Part shown: positions 53,204 through 64,000 of the stretch, in pieces | How the letters are laid out: each line of letters opens with the position of its first letter | Position numbering within the stretch: position 1 is the stretch's first letter | Assembly (NCBI RefSeq): GCF_006345805.1 | Contig: NC_043006.1 | Span: 53,506,001-53,570,000, forward strand | DNA from: Octopus sinensis | Taxonomy: Eukaryota | DNA length: 64,000 nucleotides | Direction of reading: 5' to 3' | Translations under genes and position numbers: made by a program | Notes under the pieces: generated by a model | What the model saw: the letters and a program-made list of their open reading frames with translations, nothing else | Database searches by the model: none | Told to the model about the DNA's origin: nothing

Positions 53204-56064
53204 CGATCAATAACCGTACTACAGCGGTGAGATAAATGCCGTTAAGGTTCTCTTTAAACTTCTTAATAATGATCAACTCGAGTTGATCAAGTCTCTTTAC
53301 CATAGCGTTGGGTTGACCAAAGCCTAATAAATGAAATTGGATGTTCCTGCTTTGAAGTGGGAAACTTAACCCATTATCCGATTTATCATTATCGCCTGGC
53401 ACTTGACTACTTTGTCCATTTTCCTGCAAATATTTGGATCAGGTGCCTCATTTAGAATAACTCCCTCCCTTCTTCCTCGGCCACCACCATCACCCCACAG
53501 AGACACTGAAGAGTGTCATGGTGCATTGCCCTTCCTTCCGTGACCAAGCCATTAAAAATAAATCTAAATTAGACAGTGGTATTGTTCTCCAGAATTATGG
53601 ATCTCCGGAACGCATCTAGTTATTCAGCTGATGACGTATGCGTCGTTTAGTCTAGTCTGCTCGATCACAGCTGATCCGGTGGATGGGTGGGGATCATACA
53701 ATAACAAACAACTGGTGTCTGTCGTCTTCTGTTGAATTTGTCAATATAAACAAATATATCTTGACAAGTAAAAAGCTGTCAGATTAAGAGATAAGTATGT
53801 CTCTGGCTCCGTCTGATGTTAGATTTGAGTTTGACATTTTGTAAAGTCAACATCGAAGCATGACCAGTTTTTGTTTATAGAGCTCAAATTCGGCCTGAGC
53901 AATATTTATACAGAAATTTATGTACTCATATTGGTTTCAAAGTTTGGCACAAGGCCAGCAATTTCAGATAAGCGGGTAAGTCGATTACAGCGACTCCTGT
54001 ACTCAGCTAGTACTTATTTTATCGACTCCGAAAGGATAAGTCGACCTCGGCGAAATTTGAACTCGGAACGTAAAAACAAACGAAATACAGCTTGCCCGGC
54101 ATGCTAACGATTCCACCAACTTGCCGCCTACGGGAAGTATAGTATGAGTATATCTATATATCGAACCAACAGGAGTTGGCTTGAAGTCTTTTTTAGTTTG
54201 GCTCAACTTTGATTTATGATTAGAAAGCACTCCACCCATGATCATCATGTCATATCTTTGTTTATCAGACACTTTATATCTCATCCAACACTGTCTTAAA
54301 AATGAATGCTTTCGTTTTTTTTTTTTTTTTTTTTTTTTGTTTTTTTGTTTACGAAAGAGTACATTTTTAGGACAGTGTTGGGTGAGATATACAGTGTCTG
54401 ATAAACAAGGATATGACATGATGATCATGGGTGGAGTTGAGCCAAAGTAAAAAAGACTTCAAGCCAACTCCTGTTTCATATAACCTCCCAAGCCTCTGAA
54501 ATCGATCTCATATAAACTCCTTGTTTCTCATTTACTCATTCTTGGATTAATCTGAAGTTGGTCTCATCTACTACTACTACTACTACTTCAATCATCCCCA
54601 TCATCATCCCTACAACCACAAATATTGTTGCCACTACTACCATTACCACTGCTATCACGACTACAAATGCTGCTGCTGCTGCTACTACTACTGCTACTAC
54701 TACTACTTCTACTACTACCAACACTGCTACTAGAGTTACTACTGATGCAGCAGGAATAAAATCTAATATATCATGGATTAAGATGAAATCCTCTTCCAGC
54801 AACCATCCAGGGATAGTTTGAAATCGATTTGATCCTACTTCTCAGTTATCTGAACAGGATTTCAAGTTACTGGGAGGTGGGGTGGATTGGTGGGGGTAGG
54901 GTAATCTGAGCTCGTTATACCGGGTCTAAAATCTTTAGGACCACCGTCCCGTCCCGTCCAGCAATTTGTATTTATAGACATTCTCTGAATAATATTACAG
55001 TGATAAATATCTTTGTGAGACTGACTTGAAACTTGAGCAGAATAAACAAGCATGGTGATTTGTTGAATGTTAAAGTAAGCAGCAGACAAATATTTCCATC
55101 ACCACCACCACCACCACCACAACATATGCACACCATCTCTACTAATAGTACCACCACCATTATCATCATTATCACAGCCAACAATAATGCTACCATCACC
55201 ACGACTACCTCTACCATCGCCACCATTACCAATGCCTTCACCACCATTACCAATACCACCATTATCGCCACTACTATAAATCCATCATCATCGTCATCCC
55301 AAGCACCGTCGCCACCCCATTATGTTTGTGGCACCCCAGTAGTCTTTATTTAGGAGAAAAAAAACGAAAGAGTACGTTTTTTGGGACAGTTGGGTTAGAT
55401 ATACAGTGTCTGATAAACAAGGATATGACATGATGATCATGGGTGGAGTGCTCTCGAATCATAAATCAAAAGTTAAGCCAAAGTAAAAAGACTTCAAGCC
55501 AACTCCCGTTACATGTAACCTCCCTAGCCTCTGAAATCGATCTCATATAAACTACCCCACCCCCTGTCTCTCGCTTACTCAAGCACCCCCACCTACTAAA
55601 TGTCATCACCCTCGCCTCCTTCACATCACCTCAAACATTATATTCACTCCAGTCATCACCGTAAGTACCAACACTAGTAGCATCATCACTACTACCATCA
55701 TTATCTTAATGACCATCTCCACCACCATCATCACAATGGATGGCAAGTTTTAAAAAATAATGATAATGAAACTATTATATACAGTGCTCAGTTGCACCAC
55801 AACTTGTCAAAAGTGCGTATAAAGCATATGCAGTAATGTACAAATGTCTGGAAAGTGAACAGTGTATGAGTCAGATACATGCTTGCGTGTGTATGGAGGG
55901 GAGAAAATCAGGTGTAGTGTTGGCGAATCTCAGAAAGTATGGAAGTTTTGAAGGATGCAGTGCTCCGACAACTAACAACTGATGCTGGTAGTTTGTTCCA
56001 TACTTCAGTAACTCTTTGTTGATGGAGATGAAGATTTTGTTCCATTGTATATAGTATATTTAGG

Positions 56065-56490
56065 TAGTGGGTAGCGATTTTCTTTACTTCAAGGAGTGAC
56101 GACCCGGCCTGACACGAGTCCCGGGCTCAGCTGGCTCCTGCTGACAGTACCCGTTATAGGCCCCTATCCAGGGTTAGGGAAAGGAAACAACCTTCAAAGA
56201 AATTCGGAGTGGAGCCCCGTAGGCGGTTTAGTGTTCGACTCGACACTCTTCTGGCAGTTCCTGCAACCAAGCTGGTGCCAAACGTAATGCTCTGCACTCC
56301 TTTGGACTACATCAGCAAGGTCGAGAGAGGAATTCTGACGATTGGGCTGCCCAGGAGTTTCTTACATCTAGCCCAGGCCTATGCAAGACTGGAAAAGAAA
56401 CTAGAGAGGACAGGAAATGTAAAAACCAGACTGGATTAGTTTATGCGCAACTCTATTGTCTCTCGAGACAAAAGGATGCCAACAACAATT
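56065..56490 (+). mobile_element. Non-autonomous bipartite RTE-derived retroposon
   Basis: The last 84 nt (56407-56489) match the RTE 3' end at 7991-8074 at about 90% by eye, including the (CAA)n tail. The 5' portion is non-coding and resembles an RTE 5'UTR. The flanks TAGTATATTTAGG and TAGTATATAGATTAGG resemble a decayed TSD. Confidence 0.6.
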
Positions 56491-58015
56491 TAGTATATAG
56501 ATTAGGGCAATGTTCAAAGATTGTAGTTACAGTTGATATGTAGTTGGTATTGAGCCAATGTGGATAGTTGTTGCAGACATGGGGGAGTAGTTAAGAAACT
56601 TGATTTGCAACCACATGGTTACATGTTCAGTCCTACTGCATGGCACCTTGGATAATATTTGTTCTCTCTTCAGTTCAAATCTCATCAAAGTAATCTTCAT
56701 TTTTGTTTTTCTGATGAGTGATCAAGGACTTTGGTTGATTTCATTAACTGCCAATCTGAAACAACATGCTATCAGGGTACACTACAACCCCAAATCCTTG
56801 ACAAAACCACAGGGCTCTAGCAACAGGTAGAGAGGCATACCTGCAGGGGTACGTTGCTGTTATATCAATATTAGTTACCTGTAGCACTTTATATTACCAC
56901 CAACACAACACACCAATACATAAGCAGACATCCTAATCATTTATTCACACATGCACCTCCTATCATTCACTCTCATATACACATGTTCGCCTCTCTCTCA
57001 TATACATATCATGTACTCCACTCATCTCTATCTCTATCTCTCTCAAAGGACCCCTGCCAACTTTCATCAAAAAGAGTAACGCAAAAAGAAATAAATGTAT
57101 GATGGTGATGGCCATAATTGTTGTTATAAAATCTGCTAAAATAGGCACGAAGATGCAATTTCTTCTTCGGATCAAACAGTTCATGGGTGGATAAAATGAT
57201 AAATGATAAAAAGCAACCGTACTGGTACCATATAAAAAGCACTCTGTAAAGCAGTTGGTGTCAGGAAGTGCATCCAGCTGTAGAAACCTTGCCAAAACAG
57301 ACAATTGAAGCCTGGTGCAGCTCTCCAGTTTGCAAGCACCTGCCAAACCGTTCGAGCCATGCCAGCATGGAAAACGGGCATTAAATGGTGGGTGGTGGAG
57401 GAGGAGGAGGAGGAGGGTAATCAGAAGAATGAAAGGCAAAGACCCATCAGATGAATGCCTTGCTATTAAAAATCACTCCAAGGTCAACTTTGCCATTCAT
57501 CCTTTCAAGGTTAATAAAAAAAAGGGTAACAATCCAAGATGGTGGAGTGGTGGAACTGTAAGAATGTTGGACTGAATACCTTGTGGTATTTGTTCCAGCT
57601 CTATGTGGTTCGAGTTCAAATCCTCTCATGACCTATTTGGATGATAGACTTAATCCATTGCCATTTTAATACCACCATCTGGTACTTGAGGTACCTTTCA
57701 CAGAGTCTATATTTGTTCAGGTCATGCCTTTGGTTTGTGGATTCCTTCATTACTCTTTCTCAGCAACTTTGAGGGGCCCCATAAAGAGCCATCCACACTA
57801 CCTCCCTGAAAGTCAACCACAGTGGGTTTTTTTTATCAGAATATGAAGAACAATAACTAAATATCATGACGTATTTGCTCACCTTTGTTTTCTTCTTCTT
57901 CTTCTTCTTCTTCTTCTTGATTAGCACCATAATCAGATAGAATTAGAATTAGGCATTCCATCAATGACCATCGTGTCATTTCATTTAGATATTATTCAAT
58001 GTGTGCTGTCTTATA

Positions 58016-58445
58016 AGGTGGCAAGCTGACAGAAACGTTAGCACGCTGGGCGAAATGCTTAGCAGTATTTCGTCTGCTGTTACGTTCTGAGTTCAAATTC
58101 TGCCGAGATCGACTTTGCCTTTCATCCTTTCAGGGTCAATAAATTAAGTATCAGTTATGCACTGGGGTCGATGTAATCGACTTAATCCCTTGGTCTGTCC
58201 TTATTTGTCCCCTCTGTGTTTAGCCCCTTGTAGGCAATAAAGAAATAAGAAACGTTAGCACACTTAGTGAAATGCTTACCGGTATTTCATCTGGCTTTAC
58301 ATTCTGAGTTCAAATTCCGCCGAGGTCAGCTTTGCCTTTCATTCTTTCAGGGTCAATAAGTTAAGTATTAGTTGTGTACTGGGGTCGATCTAATCGACTG
58401 CCCACTCCCCAAAAATTTCGAGCCTTGTGCCTAGAGTAGAAAAGA
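58016..58445 (+). mobile_element. Two tandem SINE family B copies
   Basis: The family-B head AGAAACGTTAGCAC occurs at about 58030 and 58248, each followed by the GCCTTTCAT.CTTTCAGGGTCAATAA body. Confidence 0.8.
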
Positions 58446-59300
58446 ATGTGTGCTGTCCTTTCTTCAACGTGGTAAGGTCTAATTTAAGATAAAATTGTAG
58501 CAGACCTTGTGACCATTGCTTCTCAACTGAGATAGTAACATCTCCAAGGGAAGCTACAGTACATTTCAGAGGTGACTGGGAATATACAAGAAACAAACTG
58601 AAATTAAAATTCACTTGGCATATTTAAAAGAGGATGTTGACTGATTCAACTTATCAAAGAGGTGCTAGCTGATTCTGTTTTTATCAAAGGATGCTGGCTG
58701 ATTCAACTTGTCATCAAGGAATGCTGGTTGCTTCCATTTATCAGGAAAATGTGTTAACTGATTCCACTTGTCATCAAAGGAGTGTTGCTTGATTCAACAT
58801 GTTAAAAGGGTACTGACTGATTCAACTTCACATTAAAATTAATATACCGTTCAGTCCTCTCATCATCATCATTTTAACATCTACTTTTCCATGCTTGCAT
58901 GTACATTGATGAGGTTAGATTTTTTGTGGTCAGATTCCCTTCCTGTCACCAACTTTACCTGTCTTCATGGCCAGACATGTTTTTCATGGAAGACTAGAAG
59001 GGGATGCTTGAATACAACACACAAACACACACACTTATGTAAGTGTGTGTTTGAGTGTATTCATACATATACAATGGGCTTCGTGTAGTTTCTGTCTACC
59101 AAATCCACAAGGCCTTGGTCTACCTGGAACTATAGTAGAACAATATATTGGCCCAAAGTGCCATACAGCAAGACTGAACCCCAAACCACATGGTTGAGAA
59201 ATAAACTTCTTAACCACACAGCCATACCTGCACCTGTAACTATGCCATGTGTGTGTATATGTATATATATGTGTATACTCATACACTTATAATATCTATA

Positions 59301-59387
<87 letters not shown>

Positions 59388-59870
59388 TTTGTATTTGTTT
59401 TGCAAAATTCCTTATTGTGTTGAAACAGATGTCATTCCTTGGGATGGGTCATCTTGCCAATAAAAACACACCCACTGGTTTCGTTTTTAATAAGACACAC
59501 ATGTATTCCTTTTATTAGTATTATTATTATTAGTCAACTACTTCACTAATTTTGCAATTAGCTAATTGATTGTTTCACCACACACTTCATCAATCAGTTG
59601 GTTTATCACTAACTAGTTTGTGGTTATGACAAACCTAAAGGAGATGAGGGCATCTTATTGATGAAGTGCTAAACGGTAGTGATGAAAGAATTTTGACAAC
59701 CCAACTGATTCATTGATAATGAAATAACCAATGTGTGTTTTTGTTGGCAAAATGACCCTACCCAACAATATATGTGTGTTTATGTATGTAGGTATGTATT
59801 CATATATATGTTTATATATGTGTGTATGTATATGTGATAATCTTGAGTAAAGTAAAAATGAATCATAATA

Positions 59871-59891
59871 TTTATTCTCTTTTTCTTGCAG
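59871..59891 (+). other. Probable splice acceptor of the LHFPL2-like first coding exon
   Basis: Polypyrimidine tract plus CAG (TTTATTCTCTTTTTCTTGCAG), 233 nt upstream of the ATG. Inferred only. Confidence 0.45.
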
Positions 59892-60124
59892 TTTTTCCAT
59901 TTTCCTTGCTGGTCTGCTACCATTACACACCACATTTGAATGACTACTTGACAACAGCTTCCAGAGATCAAGTAGAAGGACCATTTGAAGGCTTACAAAA
60001 ATTTTACTGTTATTAAACAAGATTCTTCTTTGTCTTAAAAAAGAAAAATATAATCAAATAAAAAAGATATAACATTATTAAAAATAAACTTCTTATTGAA
60101 AAAGGAAGAAAGAAATTATTAACA

Positions 60125-60563
60125 ATGTGCCAAGTTATAGTAACATGCCGATCTCTGATTTGGACTCTCATAACCATTCTGACTACACTTATGCTAGTTG
60201 TGTCAGTCTGTTCACCATACTGGTTAACAGGCAAACCACAACACACTGGCTTGAGTGGTAAAAACTACACTATCAGAAAGAACCAAGAAACATTTCACCC
60301 AACTGTTGGTATCTTCAACCGTTGTTATCGTCTACACAAATACAACAGGATCTACCACAGAGACAGCTGTGACACCTACGTCACAAAGTTCCATATGTCC
60401 AATGAAAATTTCCCCAATACATGGAAAGCTGCTTTATTTTTCTTTGTGTGTGGAGTATTGGCAATGATATTTACCACTGCCACCTCTGTCATCAGCCTCT
60501 GTACACGAGCTTTGTGTAGCAAAAGCATTTTTACTTTATCCGGCCTCATCCAAAGTATTGCTG
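60125..60563 (+). CDS. LHFPL2: LHFPL tetraspan family protein (LHFPL2-like), first coding exon (146 codons plus 1 nt)
   Basis: The N-terminus MCQVIVTCRSLIWTL matches vertebrate LHFPL2 MCHVIVTCRSMLWTL. It also has PTVGIFNRC, FPNTWKA and KSIFTLSGLIQSIAG, TM1, TM2 and the start of TM3, and an NYT sequon at N47. A phase-1 donor G|GTTGGT lies at 60563/60564. The track ORF to 60832 is intron read-through. Confidence 0.9.
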
Positions 60564-60969
60564 GTTGGTATTTATTTACACCTTATTTAGTTATTGTTGT
60601 TATTGATGTTGCTGTTGTTGTTTGTCCCCCAGGTCTCGATTTAGATCAAGACTACTCCATCCACAATCATTTTGTCCTTTTAGTTTCAGACATAATATAT
60701 TTCATCATCATCCTCATCAAAAGTAGTCCAACAATAACTGTCCAAATCAAATGTCATGAGCCATATCCAGTGTATAAGAATTGCATTGATCTCTTCCACT
60801 GGTTTCTTTCAATTGCTGTGGCCCCACTGTAGGTACCAATGTCCAATCTCCTCATGTTATACTCAGTCACATCCTTGTATCTCATATGGCATCTACCTTG
60901 ATTTCTCATGCTACCAAATAACTATGAATAAGGTATTTATCTTGATAGTCTAGTATCTTCCATTCACAG

Positions 60970-61270
60970 GATATGTAGAGATTTCATTGCCTCAATATCT
61001 TTTCAAAACTAAGAAGCTGTAGCAGCACAAGCAGTCAGTGCCATATTGGATGAGATCTCCGAGACTGGAGCAAGACCTCACCTGCATCCATTTGCCATGT
61101 GCGAGATCACAACGAGGCAGGTGATGGAGAAAACTACATAAAGGGAAAACCCTCTTCAAATTTCTCTTCTTTCTGGCGCCACCTTTCTGCAGCACTGGCT
61201 GAGGTTTTCTGCCTGTCAATCTCCAGAGGCAATGCACCCACACTAACGGAACTTAAGATAGTAGCTGAGA
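60970..61270 (-). mobile_element. Possible degraded RTE 3' fragment in the LHFPL2-like intron
   Basis: The minus-strand peptide WRLTGRKPQPVLQKGG...RSCSSLGDLIQYG weakly resembles RTE C-termini. Confidence 0.3.
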
Positions 61271-61367
61271 GCAGCACACTTCACCTTTCCAGTGAATAAA
61301 CCACTTGTAAATAGCATTTGTGCTTGAAGTCTTTTCTCTTCACCTGCCAGAAGCCTGAACTACTTAA

Positions 61368-61587
61368 CCCTTTAGTATTCAGATTATTCTCCCAAATGTG
61401 ATGCTTGTTTATTCATATTGCATTGAATTAATCATGCATTCTCTCATAGCTGTGAGATTTCTGCGATGTGACTCTTTACTTTGGGAATAATATTGTAGGA
61501 TAGGGTAAGAGGCTGGATCTGACTGGTTTTGAACAAAAAGGAGGTAAAATATTTGGGCCGGATATGGCCAGTTTGAATGCTAAAGGG
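61368..61587. mobile_element. piggyBac-like MITE (220 bp)
   Basis: TTAA TSD at 61364-61367 and 61588-61591. TIRs CCCTTTAGTATTCAGA and TTTGAATGCTAAAGGG match at 14 of 16 positions. Confidence 0.85.
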
Positions 61588-63014
61588 TTAAAGAATAAAA
61601 GGATGACAGAAGGAGACGATATTCTCCCAATATCATAAACCTTGCCTTCCATTATTAAATAGCTTAACTTTCTTTATACAAAGATGTTCTTGGCCTTGTT
61701 TTCCCAGGTGATATATACAATGTGTTTCAGGTATTTCATTGTGAATTCATAGATTTTCTTCGTTTTGTTGTTGTTTTTCTACCTGTTTGCAGTATTCATC
61801 CATAACTCTGTTCGATACAATAAGGTAGACAATATTTTTATTTCATGGCATATTTTCATCTCATTTGGACTAATGCGTTAGCTGTTCCACAGTGGCTCAG
61901 ATGGCCCTGTTCATTCTGTAATTAGTTCATTACTGAGCCTACTTTCAGTACTGATTGTATACCCAAGATTGAATAAAACGGCTTGCCTCTACATGCAACT
62001 ACTCGCCCTTTGATAGTGAGGGGCATAGATGTTCCACATATATATCTAGGTTCACATTACCTTGTGATTCTGGGACTACATTATCCAGTTTGTCCAACAT
62101 TTCTTTTTAAGATGGCAAGATGTGATAGGAGAAGAATTGAATGCCTGTTCTAGCAGATGTGAGTGACCACATAGTGGCTCCATCGCTTGTACTTATAGGA
62201 GGAAGAGATGTTGCTTTTTCCATTTCTTATTCCTAGGATTACTATCCTCATCCATCACCTACCTACTCCACTTACTCTTCTTGTGTCTTTTATCATCCAC
62301 ACCCATCCATTTCTCTATCCTATCTTTCCCTGTTTCACCCTTACACCACTCCCTTCCACCACACATTTCCTGTCTCCATCTCAAACATCTCTTCACACCT
62401 GCCTTTCTCATCTCATACTATTTGCACCTATTTACCAACTCACATCTCTTCCTCCTCTATGCTCCCTCCCACAGCAGTTAGTAGTGGTGGTGGTGGAAGT
62501 GGCGCTACTTTTCCCTCCCAATTTTCTGCCTTCCTACTTCTATCTCACCTGCACCCTTCTTCAATCACTTCAGCCCCACCCACAAAGCCATCAAAATACC
62601 ATCTTTCTCCAGATTTTCCAAATTCATTTGAACTTATTACATTTTTTTTTCCATCCCTGGTTTTCCTCATCTCACTGTTTTACTTTCTTCTCTTGTCACA
62701 CCCTCACCTTTTCACCCATGTATCACACATTCTCATGCCTTTGTACTTATCTATCTGTCCTAACCCAAAATAAACCTTCTGAGCTATCACTCACATCTGT
62801 ACCCCTACCCCCAAAGTTTCAACATCTCTCATTCATGCAGATCTATACCCTCCTATCTTATTCCCCTGCTTACAAACCGCTTCACCTATCCACCCTTAAT
62901 CCCACTGCATCCATTCAGCTTCACGCCCTCAACTCTTTCTACACCATTTTCCCCCTCTGAGAACTCATGTTCAAAAAGTCTGCATGTTCCGAATTCATCT
63001 GGCAATGTCATTAC

Positions 63015-63019
63015 CATCG

Positions 63020-63050
<31 letters not shown>

Positions 63051-63062
63051 CACCACTACTAT

Positions 63063-63094
<32 letters not shown>

Positions 63095-63240
63095 TCACTA
63101 TCATCATCATCATCACCGTCATCATCACCATGACCATCATCACTACCATCACATCATCACCATCACCACCACTATGATCATCATCACCATCATCATCATC
63201 ACCCATTATCATTATTATCACTAATCATCACTCATCACAA
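63015..63240. repeat. Compound trinucleotide repeat (TAC/CAC/CAT)n
   Basis: Seen directly. Similar tracts lie at about 54565-54740 and 55100-55320. Confidence 0.9.
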
Positions 63241-64000
63241 CAATAGTCATCAGATGGAGAGATAGCAAAACACATTCAAAACGATAATCATTATGCTATA
63301 CTAGCACAGGTTGGAAAGGTCTTCAAATTCATCTGTTAGCACAAATTCCTGCACAAATTCATTACAGTACTTCACAAAATAGCAGAGTACCACACTGTAC
63401 AGTACACTATCACACTACCATACTATAAGGGTCTGTAACCACACTAAATGGTGCAGTAGTACAGTATATGGTACAGTACTGCACTAAATGGTATAAATAG
63501 TACACTATGTACCAGACAAAACAGAGAAGTATCATATTAAATGATATACTGCATTATATTCTTCATGGTACTTAACTCCTTCTCTCTTGGATTCTGCTAA
63601 GATTGACCTTACCATTTACCTCTTCATGTTTGATAAATTCAGTACCAGTAATGTATTTAGGTATATCAATGATTCAATGTTAGACTTTAGTAGATACCAG
63701 TTAATTATAATGGTAGGAGACAGATAAATACCACCAGTTAAGTATATATGCTACTTGACTGGGTACCTGCTTATTTCATACTATGCGGTTAATTATAATG
63801 GTAAACCAATCACACAGTGGGAAACAGATAGGTACCAACAGTCAAATATATGTGGTACTTATCCAGTATCTGCCTATTTCCTACTATGTGGTTAATAATA
63901 ATAGTAAACCAATCACACAGTAGAAGACAGTTAAGTACCACTAGTCAAGAATATATGGTACATTTGTAACACAGAGAGTAGGTACCGGTCAGTCCACTCT

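Noticed and set aside
60564-60832. Extension of the LHFPL2-like ORF to 235 aa
   Set aside because: Similarity ends at the GT donor at 60564, so this is intron read-through.
61770-61880. Acceptor-like TTTTTCTACCTGTTTGCAG as a candidate LHFPL2-like exon 2
   Set aside because: The phase-1 translation (VFIHNSVRYNK...) does not resemble the expected TM3-TM4 sequence (LxxxGLxxYPxGW). Exon 2 is probably beyond the window.
62208-62960. 250-aa ORF
   Set aside because: It is C/T-rich low-complexity sequence with no recognisable domain and is probably intronic.

Overview
AT-rich, microsatellite-dense animal DNA, most likely an octopus or other coleoid cephalopod (inferred from the repeat families, not tested). 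There is one clear host coding exon: the first coding exon of an LHFPL2-like tetraspan gene (60125-60563, +). Its remaining exons were not found in the window. Most of the rest is mobile DNA. This includes a decayed 5'-truncated RTE LINE, a CR1-like LINE nested in a full-length mariner, two copies of a deleted mariner, and Helitron, piggyBac, hAT and Merlin-like non-autonomous elements. There are also several tRNA-headed SINE families and Penelope-like terminal repeats. The most notable signal is a structurally complete type I hammerhead ribozyme (40768-40842, +) inside a 327-nt partial tandem repeat, which resembles a non-LTR retrozyme or Penelope terminal repeat. At least six further minimal or degenerate hammerhead-like motifs occur, five of them beside (TA)n tracts. 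Other oddities are a GC-rich 70-bp palindromic unit amplified at the RTE 5' junction, a bipartite non-autonomous RTE, an RTE with twin-priming geometry and several long hairpins. All alignments and folds were done by eye. Most long ORFs in the track are microsatellite artefacts.
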